From positions 179,546-240,711 of the forward strand of contig JBBTRR010000001.1 of NCBI GenBank assembly GCA_038065095.1: 61,166 bases of DNA. The letters run 5' to 3'. Both the position numbers and the translations under genes were made by a program. Numbering within the stretch: position 1 is the stretch's first letter; each line of letters opens with the position of its first letter. Under the pieces are notes generated by a model, which was not told the origin of the DNA, made no database searches, and saw only the letters and a program-made list of their open reading frames with translations. The stretch is from Patescibacteria group bacterium (lineage in GTDB: Bacteria; Patescibacteriota; Minisyncoccia; JACQLN01). Below are positions 16,231 through 25,476 of this stretch, piece by piece.

Positions 16231-16848
16231 ATGGATCAAACAGTGCTTCTAATATTCAACCTAGCTGTGCTTATTATGTCGGTGGTGGTACACGAGGTTT
16301 CGCATGGCTTAATGGCTAAAAGATTGGGCGATAACACCGCTAGCGATTTAGGTAGACTTAGCTTTAACCCCTTAAAACATTTGGATTTTATGGGTTCTTT
16401 TTTGGTGCCTTTACTTTCTTATTTTGGTGGCGGATTTGTTTTTGGTTGGGCCAAGCCTGTGCCATATAACCCGTATAATATTAAAAATCAAAAATGGGGA
16501 CCAGCCATGGTAGCGGTTATTGGGCCAATATCAAATTTTATAATAGCTCTAGTTTTTGGCTTAGCGCTTAGATTTATCCCAGCCATTCCAACTCAAACAG
16601 CCATAGCCATTTCGCTTATAGTTTATATAAATATTCTTTTAGGTTTATTTAACCTTGTGCCTATTCCGCCTTTGGACGGCTCTAAAATATTGGCGGCAGT
16701 TTTACCTTATAAATACGAAAGGCAATTAAATATGCTAGAGCGATATGGTTTTTTCTTGGTCTTGTTATTTGTGTTTTTTATATTCCCCTTAATTACGCCA
16801 GTAATACCTGTAATATTTCGGTTTATAACAGGGTTTCCGTTGATGTAA
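16231..16848 (+). CDS. site-2 protease family (peptidase M50) membrane metalloprotease
   Basis: HEVSHG (HExxH) lies in a TM helix, with the distal NLVPIPPLDGSK motif. Confidence 0.85.
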   Translation: MDQTVLLIFNLAVLIMSVVVHEVSHGLMAKRLGDNTASDLGRLSFNPLKHLDFMGSFLVPLLSYFGGGFVFGWAKPVPYNPYNIKNQKWGPAMVAVIGPISNFIIALVFGLALRFIPAIPTQTAIAISLIVYINILLGLFNLVPIPPLDGSKILAAVLPYKYERQLNMLERYGFFLVLLFVFFIFPLITPVIPVIFRFITGFPLM

Positions 16849-16891
16849 GAGGTTTGACGAGTAAATATATTCAGATTAGTATTTAATTATT

Positions 16892-17086
16892 ATGGCAACT
16901 ACTATCACTAAAAAAGAATTGAAAGCAGTGGTTCGAGAAAGTGTAAAAGAGGCTTTTGTTCAAGAAGCCATGACTTTGCGAGCCTTGTTTTTGCCCGTGG
17001 TATCAGCGAAAGAACAACGTGATATTGAAAAGCGATACAGAAAACCGTCTCGTCGGGTAGCCAAGACATTTGAAGTTGTAATATGA
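16892..17086 (+). CDS. putative antitoxin of a type II TA pair
   Basis: This 64-aa ORF overlaps the downstream RelE-like gene by 4 nt (ATGA). Confidence 0.5.
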   Translation: MATTITKKELKAVVRESVKEAFVQEAMTLRALFLPVVSAKEQRDIEKRYRKPSRRVAKTFEVVI

Positions 17087-17352
17087 CTTGGCGTATTGAT
17101 TTTTCCGCTGATTCCATCAAATTTATAAAAAAGAATAATCTGGAGGAGGTTTTAATTGTTGATAAGATAAAATTGGCTGTGAGAAAGTTTAGAGGGGAGG
17201 ATATAAATATTGATGTCAAAAAGTTGTCTGGTAACTGGGAAGGTTTTTATAGAATCCGATTTGGAAGATTAAGAATTGTAGCAGAGTTTCAGTTTGAAAA
17301 TTTTCGGGCGAAGGTGGAAGTTATTGATTGGCGCGGGAGTGCTTATAAATAG
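17083..17352 (+). CDS. RelE/ParE-family toxin
   Basis: The FYRIRFGRLRIVAEF...VIDWRGSAY pattern is typical of RelE/StbE toxins. Confidence 0.7.
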   Translation: MTWRIDFSADSIKFIKKNNLEEVLIVDKIKLAVRKFRGEDINIDVKKLSGNWEGFYRIRFGRLRIVAEFQFENFRAKVEVIDWRGSAYK

Positions 17353-17394
17353 TGATTTATTTTTGTGGAGGATATTCCGAATGTTAGGTTAGCC

Positions 17395-17423
17395 TTGACT
17401 TGATATTAGCTTGTTGCTAATAT
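17395..17423 (+). promoter_or_regulatory. sigma70-like promoter of the sRNA
   Basis: TTGACT, a 17-nt spacer, then TAATAT. The spacer and -10 lie inside the inverted repeat GATATTAGC-N5-GCTAATATC. Confidence 0.5.
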
Positions 17424-17429
17424 CTTTCT

Positions 17430-17727
17430 GCTTGCGTGGATAACAGTGCAGACGGCGTTTCTGCTTCGGCAGAAAGGTGGGTTCGATCCCCGCCACTGGT
17501 CCTAGCGGGAATCTAGATATGCGTAGAATAGGCGAGAGGCGTTGAAGGCTTGATTCTGGTTGAGCTGGAGCCGACAGTGAAATATCGCTCTATCTAGATT
17601 GACCCTGATTCGGTAAACCGAGAGGTCCCAATCAGCCCGGTGGATTCCATACAGCTAGGTCGCCGATTCATTATCGGTCGAGATCTAAACTCCGGGGGAA
17701 GCGCAAAATAACGCGCTTCCCCATTTT
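17430..17727 (+). ncRNA. unclassified structured small RNA (~300 nt) containing a tRNA-like T-arm
   Basis: It is bounded by the promoter above and the GGGGAAGCGC/GCGCTTCCCC terminator, with no credible ORF. A UUCG-capped hairpin and GGTGGGTTCGATCCCCGCC are present. Long-range pairing joins 17507-17519 with 17590-17604. Confidence 0.45.
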
Positions 17728-17742
17728 ATTACTATATTTAAT

Positions 17743-17782
17743 TTCGTATACCGAATTTACGATCGTAAATTCGGTATACGAA
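17743..17782. repeat. CGATCG-centred perfect palindrome P3
   Basis: TTCGTATACCGAATTTACGATCGTAAATTCGGTATACGAA (40 bp). Confidence 0.9.
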
Positions 17783-17787
17783 TGTCC

Positions 17788-17816
17788 TTGCATCAACTCC
17801 CATTTTAATCTATAAT
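17788..17816 (+). promoter_or_regulatory. sigma70-like promoter of the rpsL operon, followed by a ~190-nt structured leader
   Basis: TTGCAT, a 17-nt spacer, then TATAAT. The leader contains the long imperfect stem CCCCGTAGTAGAACTTACGA ... TCGTAAGTTCACTAGCGGGG. Confidence 0.5.
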
Positions 17817-18006
17817 GATTTCAGTTTTAAATCTTAGTGTTTTACTGCACCAAGGTCAGACCTTGATTACAAGGGCTGGCTTTTATAATCAATGCCCCGT
17901 AGTAGAACTTACGAAAGGCTTTCCTTTGGAAAGCTAAAAGATAAAAATCGTAAGTTCACTAGCGGGGCTATAATTTGTAGCTATTCGCTACGCTTATAGA
18001 CAAATT

Positions 18007-18420
18007 ATGCCCACAATTAACCAGTTAATAAAAAAGAATAGAAAAACAGCAAAGCGCAAATCAAAATCTCCGGCGCTTACTTTTGCGTTTAATAGTTTAA
18101 AAAACAGGTATTCGTCTTTTAATTCTCCCTTTAAAAGAGGTGTTTGTATTTCGGTTAGAACAATGACGCCAAAAAAGCCTAACTCAGCTTTACGTAAAAT
18201 TGCTCGTGTTAGACTATCTAATGGTATGGAAGTTACAGCTTATATTCCGGGTATCGGACACAACTTGCAGGAACACTCTGTCGTTGTTTTGCGTGGAGGT
18301 AGGGTAAAAGATTTGCCGGGTATTAGGTATCATATAGTTCGTGGTGTGTTAGATACTACAGGTGTAGAAGGTAGAATGCAGAGAAGAAGCAAGTATGGTG
18401 CTAAGATGCCTAAGAAGTAG
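18007..18420 (+). CDS. rpsL: 30S ribosomal protein S12
   Basis: [10 protein letters not shown]...[10 protein letters not shown]...VRGG.VKDLPG.RYH.VRG. Confidence 0.97.
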   Translation: MPTINQLIKKNRKTAKRKSKSPALTFAFNSLKNRYSSFNSPFKRGVCISVRTMTPKKPNSALRKIARVRLSNGMEVTAYIPGIGHNLQEHSVVVLRGGRVKDLPGIRYHIVRGVLDTTGVEGRMQRRSKYGAKMPKK

Positions 18421-18421
18421 A

Positions 18422-18492
18422 AATCAGCTTCACTAGCTTCGTTAGCTTGTTAGGTCAGAACCTAAAAACCAAAGAAGCTAAAAACTAAAAGA
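18422..18492. repeat. family-A hairpin element (AGCTTC.../...GCTAAAAG arms), copy A1
   Basis: AATCAGCTTCACTAGCTTCGTTAGCTTGTTAGGTCAGAACCTAAAAAC... is nearly identical to the copies at 60918 and 61112. Confidence 0.85.
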
Positions 18493-18498
18493 TAATTT

Positions 18499-18966
18499 AT
18501 GAGACGCAAAATAAACATTAAACGCGATATTAAACCGGATATTAAATACGGTAGTGTTTTGGTTTCTCAATTTATAAATAAAATAATGCAGGATGGTGAA
18601 AAAAGAGTAGCCGAGAAAATTTTCTATACTGCTTTGGCTAACGTAGAAAAGAAAGAAAATAAACCTGGTTTAGAAGTTTTTGAAACAGCTGTTAAGAATG
18701 TTATGCCTCACTTAGAGGTTAAGTCGCGTAGGATCGGTGGCGCTAATTACCAAGTTCCTCGCGAAGTAAGAGGCGAGCGAAAATTAACTTTGGCTATGCG
18801 CTGGATGGTTATGGCGGCTCGCGCCGGTAAAGGAAAATCTATAGATAAAAAATTAGCCGAAGAAATTATTTTAGCTTCAAAGAACGAAGGTAATGCCATT
18901 AGAAAAAGAAACGATACTCACAGAATGGCTGAAGCTAACAAAGCTTTTGCGCATTTTAGTTGGTGA
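18499..18966 (+). CDS. rpsG: 30S ribosomal protein S7
   Basis: Conserved S7 sequence (EVKSRRIGGANYQVP, AFAHFSW end). Confidence 0.97.
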   Translation: MRRKINIKRDIKPDIKYGSVLVSQFINKIMQDGEKRVAEKIFYTALANVEKKENKPGLEVFETAVKNVMPHLEVKSRRIGGANYQVPREVRGERKLTLAMRWMVMAARAGKGKSIDKKLAEEIILASKNEGNAIRKRNDTHRMAEANKAFAHFSW

Positions 18967-18974
18967 TTAGGTTT

Positions 18975-19100
18975 AATAATTTTCAATTTTCAAACTCCAA
19001 TTTTCAATCAAATTCCAATGATTCAATTTTCAAACGGATTTAATTGATAATTGTTAAATTGAAAATTCATTGATAATTGTAAATTGGTAATTGAAAATTT
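18975..19100. repeat. family-B hairpin element (TTTTCAATTT / AAATTGAAAA words), copy B1
   Basis: It shares ...ACTCCAAT..TTCAATT.TCAA...GAAAATTCATTGATAATTGTAAATTG... with the copies at 33771 and 39806. Confidence 0.8.
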
Positions 19101-19103
19101 TTT

Positions 19104-21245
19104 ATGACCAGAGACTATCCCATAGAAAGAACCCGTGACATTGGAATTGTCGCTCACATTGATGCCGGAAAAACAACTGTTTCCGAGCGTGTTTTGTTTT
19201 ATACAGGAGTTTCTCACAAAATAGGCGAAGTCCACGAAGGTGAGGCCATTATGGATTGGATGGAACAAGAACAAGAGCGCGGTATAACAATTACTGCGGC
19301 TGCTACAACTTGTTTTTGGACACCCAGTGAAGACATATCCGCTGGTTTTAAAGGTAAGGGCAAAGAAATGCGTATCAATATTATAGATACGCCTGGGCAC
19401 GTAGATTTTACTGTAGAAGTAGAAAGATCTTTGCGTGTATTAGATGGCGCTGTGGTTGTGTTTGATGGCGTGGCTGGCGTAGAACCTCAATCCGAAACCG
19501 TTTGGCGCCAAGCCGATAAATATAAAGTTCCTAGAGTTTGTTTTATAAATAAACTTGACCGTATGGGCGCTTCTTTTGAGCGTTCTTATGCTTCTATTTT
19601 AGAAAGGCTAACCGATAAGGCTGTAAGAATTCAGTTGCCGATGGGTTTAGAAGAAAATTTTGAAGGTGTGGTGGATTTATTAAAAATGAAGGCCTACAAT
19701 TTTGAAGGTGAACACGGCGAAAAAATTGTTGAAATAGAAATTCCAGAAAATTTAAAAACGGAAGCCGAAAAATATCATGCCGAACTTGTAGAAAAAATTG
19801 TAGAAACAAACGATGTCTTAATGGAACGTTATTTGGCGGGTGAAAAACCAGATTTAGCCGAATTAAGAAAAACTTTACGTGAGGCTACAATTGCGGGGCA
19901 AATTATTCCAGTGCTTACTGGTTCTGCTTTAAAAAATAAAGGTGTGCAATTTATGTTGGACGCAGTTTTGTATTATTTACCAAGCCCGTCAGATTTATTA
20001 CCGGTTAAAGGTATTAATCCGGATACTAATGCCGAAGAAAGTCGCGAAGCTAAAGACGAAGCTCCATTTTCTTCTTTGGCCTTTAAAGTGGCCACTGATC
20101 CTTTTGTGGGTCAGTTAACTTTTTTTAGAGTTTATTCGGGAAAGTTAGAATCTGGTTCTTATGTTTTAAATGTAAATAAAAATCAAAAAGAAAGAATTAG
20201 TCGTATTTTAAGAATGCACGCTAATCATCGCGAAGAAGTTAAAGAAATTTTTGCCGGCGAAATCGGTGCGGCGGTGGGTTTAAAATATACCAAAACCGGT
20301 GACACGCTTTGTGCCGAAGATAAGCCAATAATTTTAGAACAAATAGTTTTTCCAGAACCTGTTATTTCTGTTCGTATTGAACCTAAAACTAAAGCCGATC
20401 AAGAAAAAATGGGTTTGGCTTTACACCGTTTGGCCGACGAAGATCCAACCTTTAGAATAAAAGGCGATCAAGAAACTGGCGACACTTTAATTGCTGGTAT
20501 GGGCGAGCTTCACTTGGAAATTATTGTTGACCGTATGAAGCGCGAATTTAAAGTAGAGGCTAATGTTGGTCGCCCACAAGTAGCTTATAAAGAAACTGTA
20601 AAAGCCGAAGCCGAGGCCGAAGGAAAATATATTCGTCAGTCTGGCGGTAAAGGACAATATGGTCATGTTCGCTTAAGAATTGAACCTTTAGAGCGTGGCC
20701 AAGGTTTTGAATTTGTGAATGCCATTAAAGGCGGTGCTATTCCACAAGAATTTATTCCAGCCGTAGAAAAGGGTATTAAAGAATCAAAAGATAAGGGTGT
20801 GTTGGCGGGTTACCCAGTGGTAGACGTTAAGGTTACGCTTTACGATGGTTCTTACCACGATGTAGACTCTTCGGAAATGGCATTTAAAATTGCAGGTAGT
20901 ATGGCTTTTCAAGAGGGTGCTAAAAGGGCTTCCGCAATTATTTTGGAACCTATTATGAAAGTAGAAGTTATTGTACCCGAAAAGTTTTTGGGTGAAGTAA
21001 CTGGTGATTTATCTTCTAAGCGTGCACGTATAGAACAAATGACAGCACGTGGCGGTTCTAGCGCGGTCGGTGATTCGGCTTTAAAGGTTATTGAATCTAA
21101 AGTGCCGTTATCTGAAATGTTTGGTTATTCCACACAGTTACGATCTTTGAGCGAAGGGCGCGCTAGTTATACGATGGAATTTTCGCATTACGAGGAAGTG
21201 CCTAGAAATGTGGCAGAGGAAATAATCTCGGGGAGGAAGAAATAA
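19104..21245 (+). CDS. fusA: translation elongation factor G
   Basis: AHIDAGKTT and DTPGHVDF GTPase motifs over a full-length EF-G. Confidence 0.97.
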   Translation: MTRDYPIERTRDIGIVAHIDAGKTTVSERVLFYTGVSHKIGEVHEGEAIMDWMEQEQERGITITAAATTCFWTPSEDISAGFKGKGKEMRINIIDTPGHVDFTVEVERSLRVLDGAVVVFDGVAGVEPQSETVWRQADKYKVPRVCFINKLDRMGASFERSYASILERLTDKAVRIQLPMGLEENFEGVVDLLKMKAYNFEGEHGEKIVEIEIPENLKTEAEKYHAELVEKIVETNDVLMERYLAGEKPDLAELRKTLREATIAGQIIPVLTGSALKNKGVQFMLDAVLYYLPSPSDLLPVKGINPDTNAEESREAKDEAPFSSLAFKVATDPFVGQLTFFRVYSGKLESGSYVLNVNKNQKERISRILRMHANHREEVKEIFAGEIGAAVGLKYTKTGDTLCAEDKPIILEQIVFPEPVISVRIEPKTKADQEKMGLALHRLADEDPTFRIKGDQETGDTLIAGMGELHLEIIVDRMKREFKVEANVGRPQVAYKETVKAEAEAEGKYIRQSGGKGQYGHVRLRIEPLERGQGFEFVNAIKGGAIPQEFIPAVEKGIKESKDKGVLAGYPVVDVKVTLYDGSYHDVDSSEMAFKIAGSMAFQEGAKRASAIILEPIMKVEVIVPEKFLGEVTGDLSSKRARIEQMTARGGSSAVGDSALKVIESKVPLSEMFGYSTQLRSLSEGRASYTMEFSHYEEVPRNVAEEIISGRKK

Positions 21246-21286
21246 AACATATACCGAGCGCGCGATCGCGTTCTCGGTATATGTTT
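21245..21286. repeat. GCGATCGC-centred palindrome P4 (2-nt internal mismatch), fusA terminator
   Basis: CATATACCGAG-CG-CGCGATCGCG-TT-CTCGGTATATG, flanked by AAAA on the left and TTTT on the right. Confidence 0.85.
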
Positions 21287-21406
21287 TAAGGCGCAGATAT
21301 TTTAGCTGTTATAAATTTTGTAAAATTGTAAAAGAAAAAATAAAAAACGAATATGACGTGGATTTAGAGGTGGAGATAGAATTGGTTTAGTAAATAAAAA
21401 ATACAC

Positions 21407-21440
21407 GTCTCACGAGATGGCGATCGCCATCTCGTGAGAC
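21407..21440. repeat. GCGATCGC-centred perfect palindrome P5
   Basis: GTCTCACGAGATGGCGATCGCCATCTCGTGAGAC. Confidence 0.9.
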
Positions 21441-21530
21441 AGATTTGACGAAAATAATACTGGGTGGTAGTTTGTTGGGTAACGGAATTCGCAAAGTAGT
21501 TCTTTCACTTTAAACAAGGAGAATATCATC

Positions 21531-21988
21531 ATGTATCCTGTAACAAATGTTCCAAGGATGCTTTTTGAAGAGTTTTCCGAAAAGCAGGGGGTAGGACAGG
21601 AATATAAATTTTTTTTTATGAACACTATCGGGTTCGGGAATTGGAAGAAAGGTTGGGTGTCATCGCTCTTGGTGAGGAGGCAGAACTTAAGCGTTTTCTT
21701 TTGTGTTCAGCTCCTTTGGGTCAGGAAGAGCTCAGGGATTGCACATTGAGTATAACGGCTGGCCCCCAGAGCACCGGCGTATGGGGTTACGGATCTGGTT
21801 GCAGAATGTTTGATATGGTGAAGGTGGAGTTTCGAAGGGGGTTTGTTTATCTTCACCATCCAGTGGCATTGGTTGCTTCCATTATTCTTGCCCGAGCGGC
21901 GCAATTGGTTCATGCAGAAGAGTGTGAAGTGCCAGTCGCCTTTTTTCAAGTGGAGCGTTATCCGCAGGGTGTGTATACGGAGCCATAA
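21531..21988 (+). pseudogene. orphan gene in a higher-G+C island, split by a frameshift at a T9 tract
   Basis: AAGGAG lies 8 nt upstream of ATG 21531. That frame stops at 21749, while a second frame is open from 21608 to 21988. One extra T in the 21609-21617 tract would give a continuous 152-codon ORF. Confidence 0.45.
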
Positions 21989-22010
21989 AAAGCATCTAAA
22001 TATCAACAGG

Positions 22011-22042
22011 CCGTGGTCGAAACAATCGACCACGGTTTTTTT
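22011..22042. terminator. terminator between convergent genes
   Basis: CCGTGGTCGA / TCGACCACGG stem followed by a T7 run. Confidence 0.8.
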
Positions 22043-22045
22043 AAT

Positions 22046-22702
22046 TTAATCCTGTGCCAAGGTAAACGACAAAACGTTTTGTGCGCCTGCGCTTTTCAAA
22101 GTGCGGGCGCATTCTTTTAATGTGGCGCCAGTGGTGGCAACGTCATCAATTAGCAAAATAGTCTTATTGTCCAACGTTGGATGTTTGACACACTCAAATA
22201 TATTTTGGGTGTTTTTTATGCGCGATTCTCGGTTTTTAACTTCCATTTGTGGTCGACGGTAAACTTTGCGTTTAATAATATTTTCTAAAATAGGTTTTTC
22301 GGTTATTTCGCTAATTTTTTTGCTAATAAGTTCGCTTTGATTAAACCCACGTTCTTTAAATCTACGTTTATGCAATGGAACAGGAATTATAAAATCAAAA
22401 ATTAATTTTCTAAAGTTAAAACGTTCACTTTCTAAGGCCACATAAAAAGTATCGGCAATTTCTTTAACAAAATCGTATTTTAAGTTATGGATTAGCTTTT
22501 TGGCCAGTTTGTCTTTTTGATAATCAAAAATATAGTAGCTTTCGCTAATTTCGGGTTTAAAAGAAACCTTCTCCCATCGGGTTATCAATAACTTATGGCA
22601 TTTGAGGCAAAGCCAGCGCAAGCTTGGCGGTTCTTCGGGTGTATCACTTTTGCAATTTGCACAAAATGAAGGAAATAATAGGGAGTTAATTTTTTTAGAC
22701 AT
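22046..22702 (-). CDS. comFC: ComF-family competence protein (phosphoribosyltransferase domain)
   Basis: N-terminal CxxC...CxxC zinc-finger-like motif and LLIDDVATTGATL PRTase motif. Confidence 0.8.
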   Translation of the reverse strand: MSKKINSLLFPSFCANCKSDTPEEPPSLRWLCLKCHKLLITRWEKVSFKPEISESYYIFDYQKDKLAKKLIHNLKYDFVKEIADTFYVALESERFNFRKLIFDFIIPVPLHKRRFKERGFNQSELISKKISEITEKPILENIIKRKVYRRPQMEVKNRESRIKNTQNIFECVKHPTLDNKTILLIDDVATTGATLKECARTLKSAGAQNVLSFTLAQD

Positions 22703-22816
22703 AGTTATGCTTTAAAAATATGCTAACGCGATCAATTTTGCTATTGGGGATAACCGCGTAACCTAATTTTATTTAGGAATAGTGCTATAATTTTAACAAG
22801 GAAGCCTATTATATTT

Positions 22817-23926
22817 ATGTGGCCATTTAGTCGTAAAATCCGGCGCCAACTTGGCATTGATGTTGGTACTTCCTCCATCAAGATTGTTGAACTTGAAAAA
22901 GAAGATAATTCTATTAAGTTGGCTAATTACGGGTTAATTGAAGATTCTGATTTTTTTGGAGAAATAACCAATGGTTCCAGTATCCCCTCTGGTTTAAAGA
23001 TATCCGAGGGCGATGTTTCTGCACTAATAAAACAACTTTTAGAGAAAGCAAAAATGAAAGCGGATACGGCAATTATATCTATTCCAGTATTTTCTAGTTT
23101 TCTTACGGTTATGGAATTACCCAATTTGAACGAAAAGGAATTAGAAAGTGCCATACCTTTTGAAGCTCGTTCTTACATTCCAGTGCCATTGGCAGAAGTT
23201 GTTTTGGATTGGATTATTTTGCCACACAAAGAAGCATCTATGGCCTTAAAACCAAATGAAGCTGTTACAGGTATTGTCAATCGTCAAGAAAAAATAACTG
23301 TTTTGCTTATTGCTGTGCCAAAAGAAGTTGTTTCTAAATATCAAAGAATAGCTTCGGGTGCTGGGTTAAAATTAACAGCAATTGAATCTGAAAGTTTTAG
23401 TTTAGCTCGTTCATTGGCTGGTAACGACCTTAGTTCCATAATGCTGATAGATATGGGTGCCAGAAGTTCTAATCTTACAATTTTACACCAAGGTTTTATT
23501 TTTATGAGTCACAGCGCTGATGTTACTGGAAAAGAAATAACAAAAGTTATAAGCCGTAGTCTTAATGTGGACTCTAAAAGAGCCGAAGAATTGAAAAGGA
23601 TTTCTGGTGTAGCCACCTCGGCCAGTGATAAGGGTTTGGCTCAAGTTATAGGGCCTTTTGTAGATAAACTTATAAATGAAATAGAGAGAATGGAAATTAT
23701 TTTTAATAAAAAAGAAAATAAGAAGATAGATAAAATAATTTTAACAGGTGGAACCGCTAATATGCCAGGAATTCCGGAATATCTTAGTAAAAGATTGGGT
23801 GTGGTGGTTACAGTAGGCAATCCTTTGAGTAAGGTTAAGTATGAGCCTGCACTAGAACAAATTTTAAGGCGAGATTTAAGTTCAAATTTATCGGTTTCAA
23901 TTGGACTGGCTATGCGAGGATTATAA
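22817..23926 (+). CDS. pilM: type IV pilus assembly ATPase-like protein PilM
   Basis: Actin-like fold signature GIDVGTSSIKIVEL and DMGARSSN. It is the first gene of the pilMNO set. Confidence 0.85.
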   Translation: MWPFSRKIRRQLGIDVGTSSIKIVELEKEDNSIKLANYGLIEDSDFFGEITNGSSIPSGLKISEGDVSALIKQLLEKAKMKADTAIISIPVFSSFLTVMELPNLNEKELESAIPFEARSYIPVPLAEVVLDWIILPHKEASMALKPNEAVTGIVNRQEKITVLLIAVPKEVVSKYQRIASGAGLKLTAIESESFSLARSLAGNDLSSIMLIDMGARSSNLTILHQGFIFMSHSADVTGKEITKVISRSLNVDSKRAEELKRISGVATSASDKGLAQVIGPFVDKLINEIERMEIIFNKKENKKIDKIILTGGTANMPGIPEYLSKRLGVVVTVGNPLSKVKYEPALEQILRRDLSSNLSVSIGLAMRGL

Positions 23927-23998
23927 TCAGCTTCTTAGCTTCTTAGCTTTTTAGGAAGACCTTCTAGAAAGCTAAAAGCTAGAAAGCTAAAAGCTAGA
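23926..23998. repeat. family-A-like hairpin element, copy A4
   Basis: TCAGCTTCTTAGCTTCTTAGC...GGAAGACCTTC...GCTAAAAGCTAGAAAGCTAAAAGCT. Confidence 0.7.
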
Positions 23999-24574
23999 TT
24001 GGAAAATATTTCATTAATTCCAAAAGAAGAAATAAATAAAGGAGGTGGGCTAGCTAGGTTTTCTTCTTTTAAAAAGCCAGAAATAGAATTAAGTGCTTTA
24101 TCAAAGTTGGGGTTGGCTTTGCTGGGGCTAGTTATTTTAATAACTGGTGGGTTTTATTTTTGGAAATATCGATTAAACAATCAGGCCAAAGCTTTTAATA
24201 CCGAATTACAAAACTTAACTGGTCAAAGGGATATTAGTTTAGAGAATCGTTTAAAGAATTTAAATTCAGTTTTAGAAATCTTTAAAGGAGTTTTAGACGA
24301 GCATCGGTATTGGACGCAGTTTTTCGAAGTATTGGAAGTTAAAACATTAAATTCTGTAACTTTTACCTCATTAGAAGCGGGTGATTCCGATAATGTTATT
24401 AATTTGTCTGGAAAAGCTTCAAGTTATGGTGTTTTAGCGGGGCAGGTAAAAATCTTTGAAGATACGCCTAATATTATTTCAGTAAGTTCTTCCAATATTG
24501 GTTTATCAACCGAGGGCAAGGTAAATTTTAATTTAAAGATAATATTTTCTAAAGACCTTATAATTAAAAAATGA
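23999..24574 (+). CDS. pilN: PilN-like pilus assembly protein
   Basis: Single TM helix followed by a periplasmic-type domain, located after pilM. The start is TTG. Confidence 0.6.
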   Translation: MENISLIPKEEINKGGGLARFSSFKKPEIELSALSKLGLALLGLVILITGGFYFWKYRLNNQAKAFNTELQNLTGQRDISLENRLKNLNSVLEIFKGVLDEHRYWTQFFEVLEVKTLNSVTFTSLEAGDSDNVINLSGKASSYGVLAGQVKIFEDTPNIISVSSSNIGLSTEGKVNFNLKIIFSKDLIIKK

Positions 24575-25164
24575 ACAGCAAACTAATAATTAATTCTATT
24601 GTTTTTGGGATGTTTTTTTTGGCTATTTGGTTTGTGCTTGCGCCGGCTTGGTCCGATGTTTCTGCATTAAGAAAAGAAGTTGATCTTAAAAAAACTTCTA
24701 TAGAATTAGAAAAGAAAATTGTTGAAAAATTAAATTCTATAAATCAAGTTCTAGATACTCAAAAAAGTAATGTTGAACGTTTGGAGCAAGCTATTCCAAG
24801 TTCAGAATTTAAACCCGAATTAATAAGTATTATGGAAAGTTTGGCAAACCAAAATGGTTTAAGTTTAACGTCTGTGAATATAGAATTACCTATTGAATCT
24901 GGGTCTGTTTCTAACCGTAGGGGCTCAACGGCGCCCAAAGAATCAATTGGGAAATTATTGGTAAGTATAAATGCTTCTGGAACATATTCTTCTTTCAAAT
25001 CTTGGTTAGAAGCCGTTCAAAAAAGCTTAAGAATATTAGATATAAATAAAATAACTTTTTCTATAAATAATAAAAAAACGACAGACGGTAAAGAAATAGT
25101 AAATATTGATCCTGTTATAGATTATAATGTTGATATAAGGACTTATATTTTAAAAAAGAATTAA
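24571..25164 (+). CDS. pilO: PilO-like pilus assembly protein
   Basis: N-terminal TM helix and coiled-coil; it overlaps pilN by 4 nt. Confidence 0.55.
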   Translation: MNSKLIINSIVFGMFFLAIWFVLAPAWSDVSALRKEVDLKKTSIELEKKIVEKLNSINQVLDTQKSNVERLEQAIPSSEFKPELISIMESLANQNGLSLTSVNIELPIESGSVSNRRGSTAPKESIGKLLVSINASGTYSSFKSWLEAVQKSLRILDINKITFSINNKKTTDGKEIVNIDPVIDYNVDIRTYILKKN

Positions 25165-25165
25165 A

Positions 25166-25465
25166 ATGGCTGTAGTAGTAACAAAAGAAATAAAAAAGAA
25201 GCGAATACTAGTGTTGGTTTTTTCGGCTTTAGTTTTGGCGACCTTCAGTATACTTTATTTTGGTTTTTTTAGAAAAAGTTCACCTCCGCCACCCCAAATA
25301 AAGGATTCTGGCATGGCTAGTGTGATTGGCACAACTGTATCTGAACAGGTTTCGGATTTAAAGGTTAAAATTTTAGAAGATATAAGGTTTCAGGGCTTGC
25401 AGCCTCCTCCTGGTGTTCCTATAAATACTCAAACCACTGGAAAAAGTAACCCTTTCTCGGATTAA
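25166..25465 (+). CDS. small membrane-anchored protein in the PilP position
   Basis: One TM helix, 99 aa. The assignment rests on synteny only. Confidence 0.4.
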   Translation: MAVVVTKEIKKKRILVLVFSALVLATFSILYFGFFRKSSPPPPQIKDSGMASVIGTTVSEQVSDLKVKILEDIRFQGLQPPPGVPINTQTTGKSNPFSD

Positions 25466-25476
25466 ATAAAATTGGC

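Noticed and set aside
17430-17727. Calling the sRNA a tmRNA (ssrA), possibly circularly permuted
   Set aside because: A T-arm and a U at putative acceptor position 70 are present. However, I found no complementary 5' acceptor strand (GGGCCAG-like), no encoded CCA and no plausible Ala-initiated tag ORF ending in a hydrophobic tail. It is kept as unclassified.
21641-22049. ORFs 21707..22033(-) and 21843..22049(+) and an independent 21641..21988 gene starting at TTG
   Set aside because: These are overlapping shadow ORFs in a GC-richer segment. The only good RBS and start is at 21531, and the downstream frame is best explained as the frameshifted continuation.
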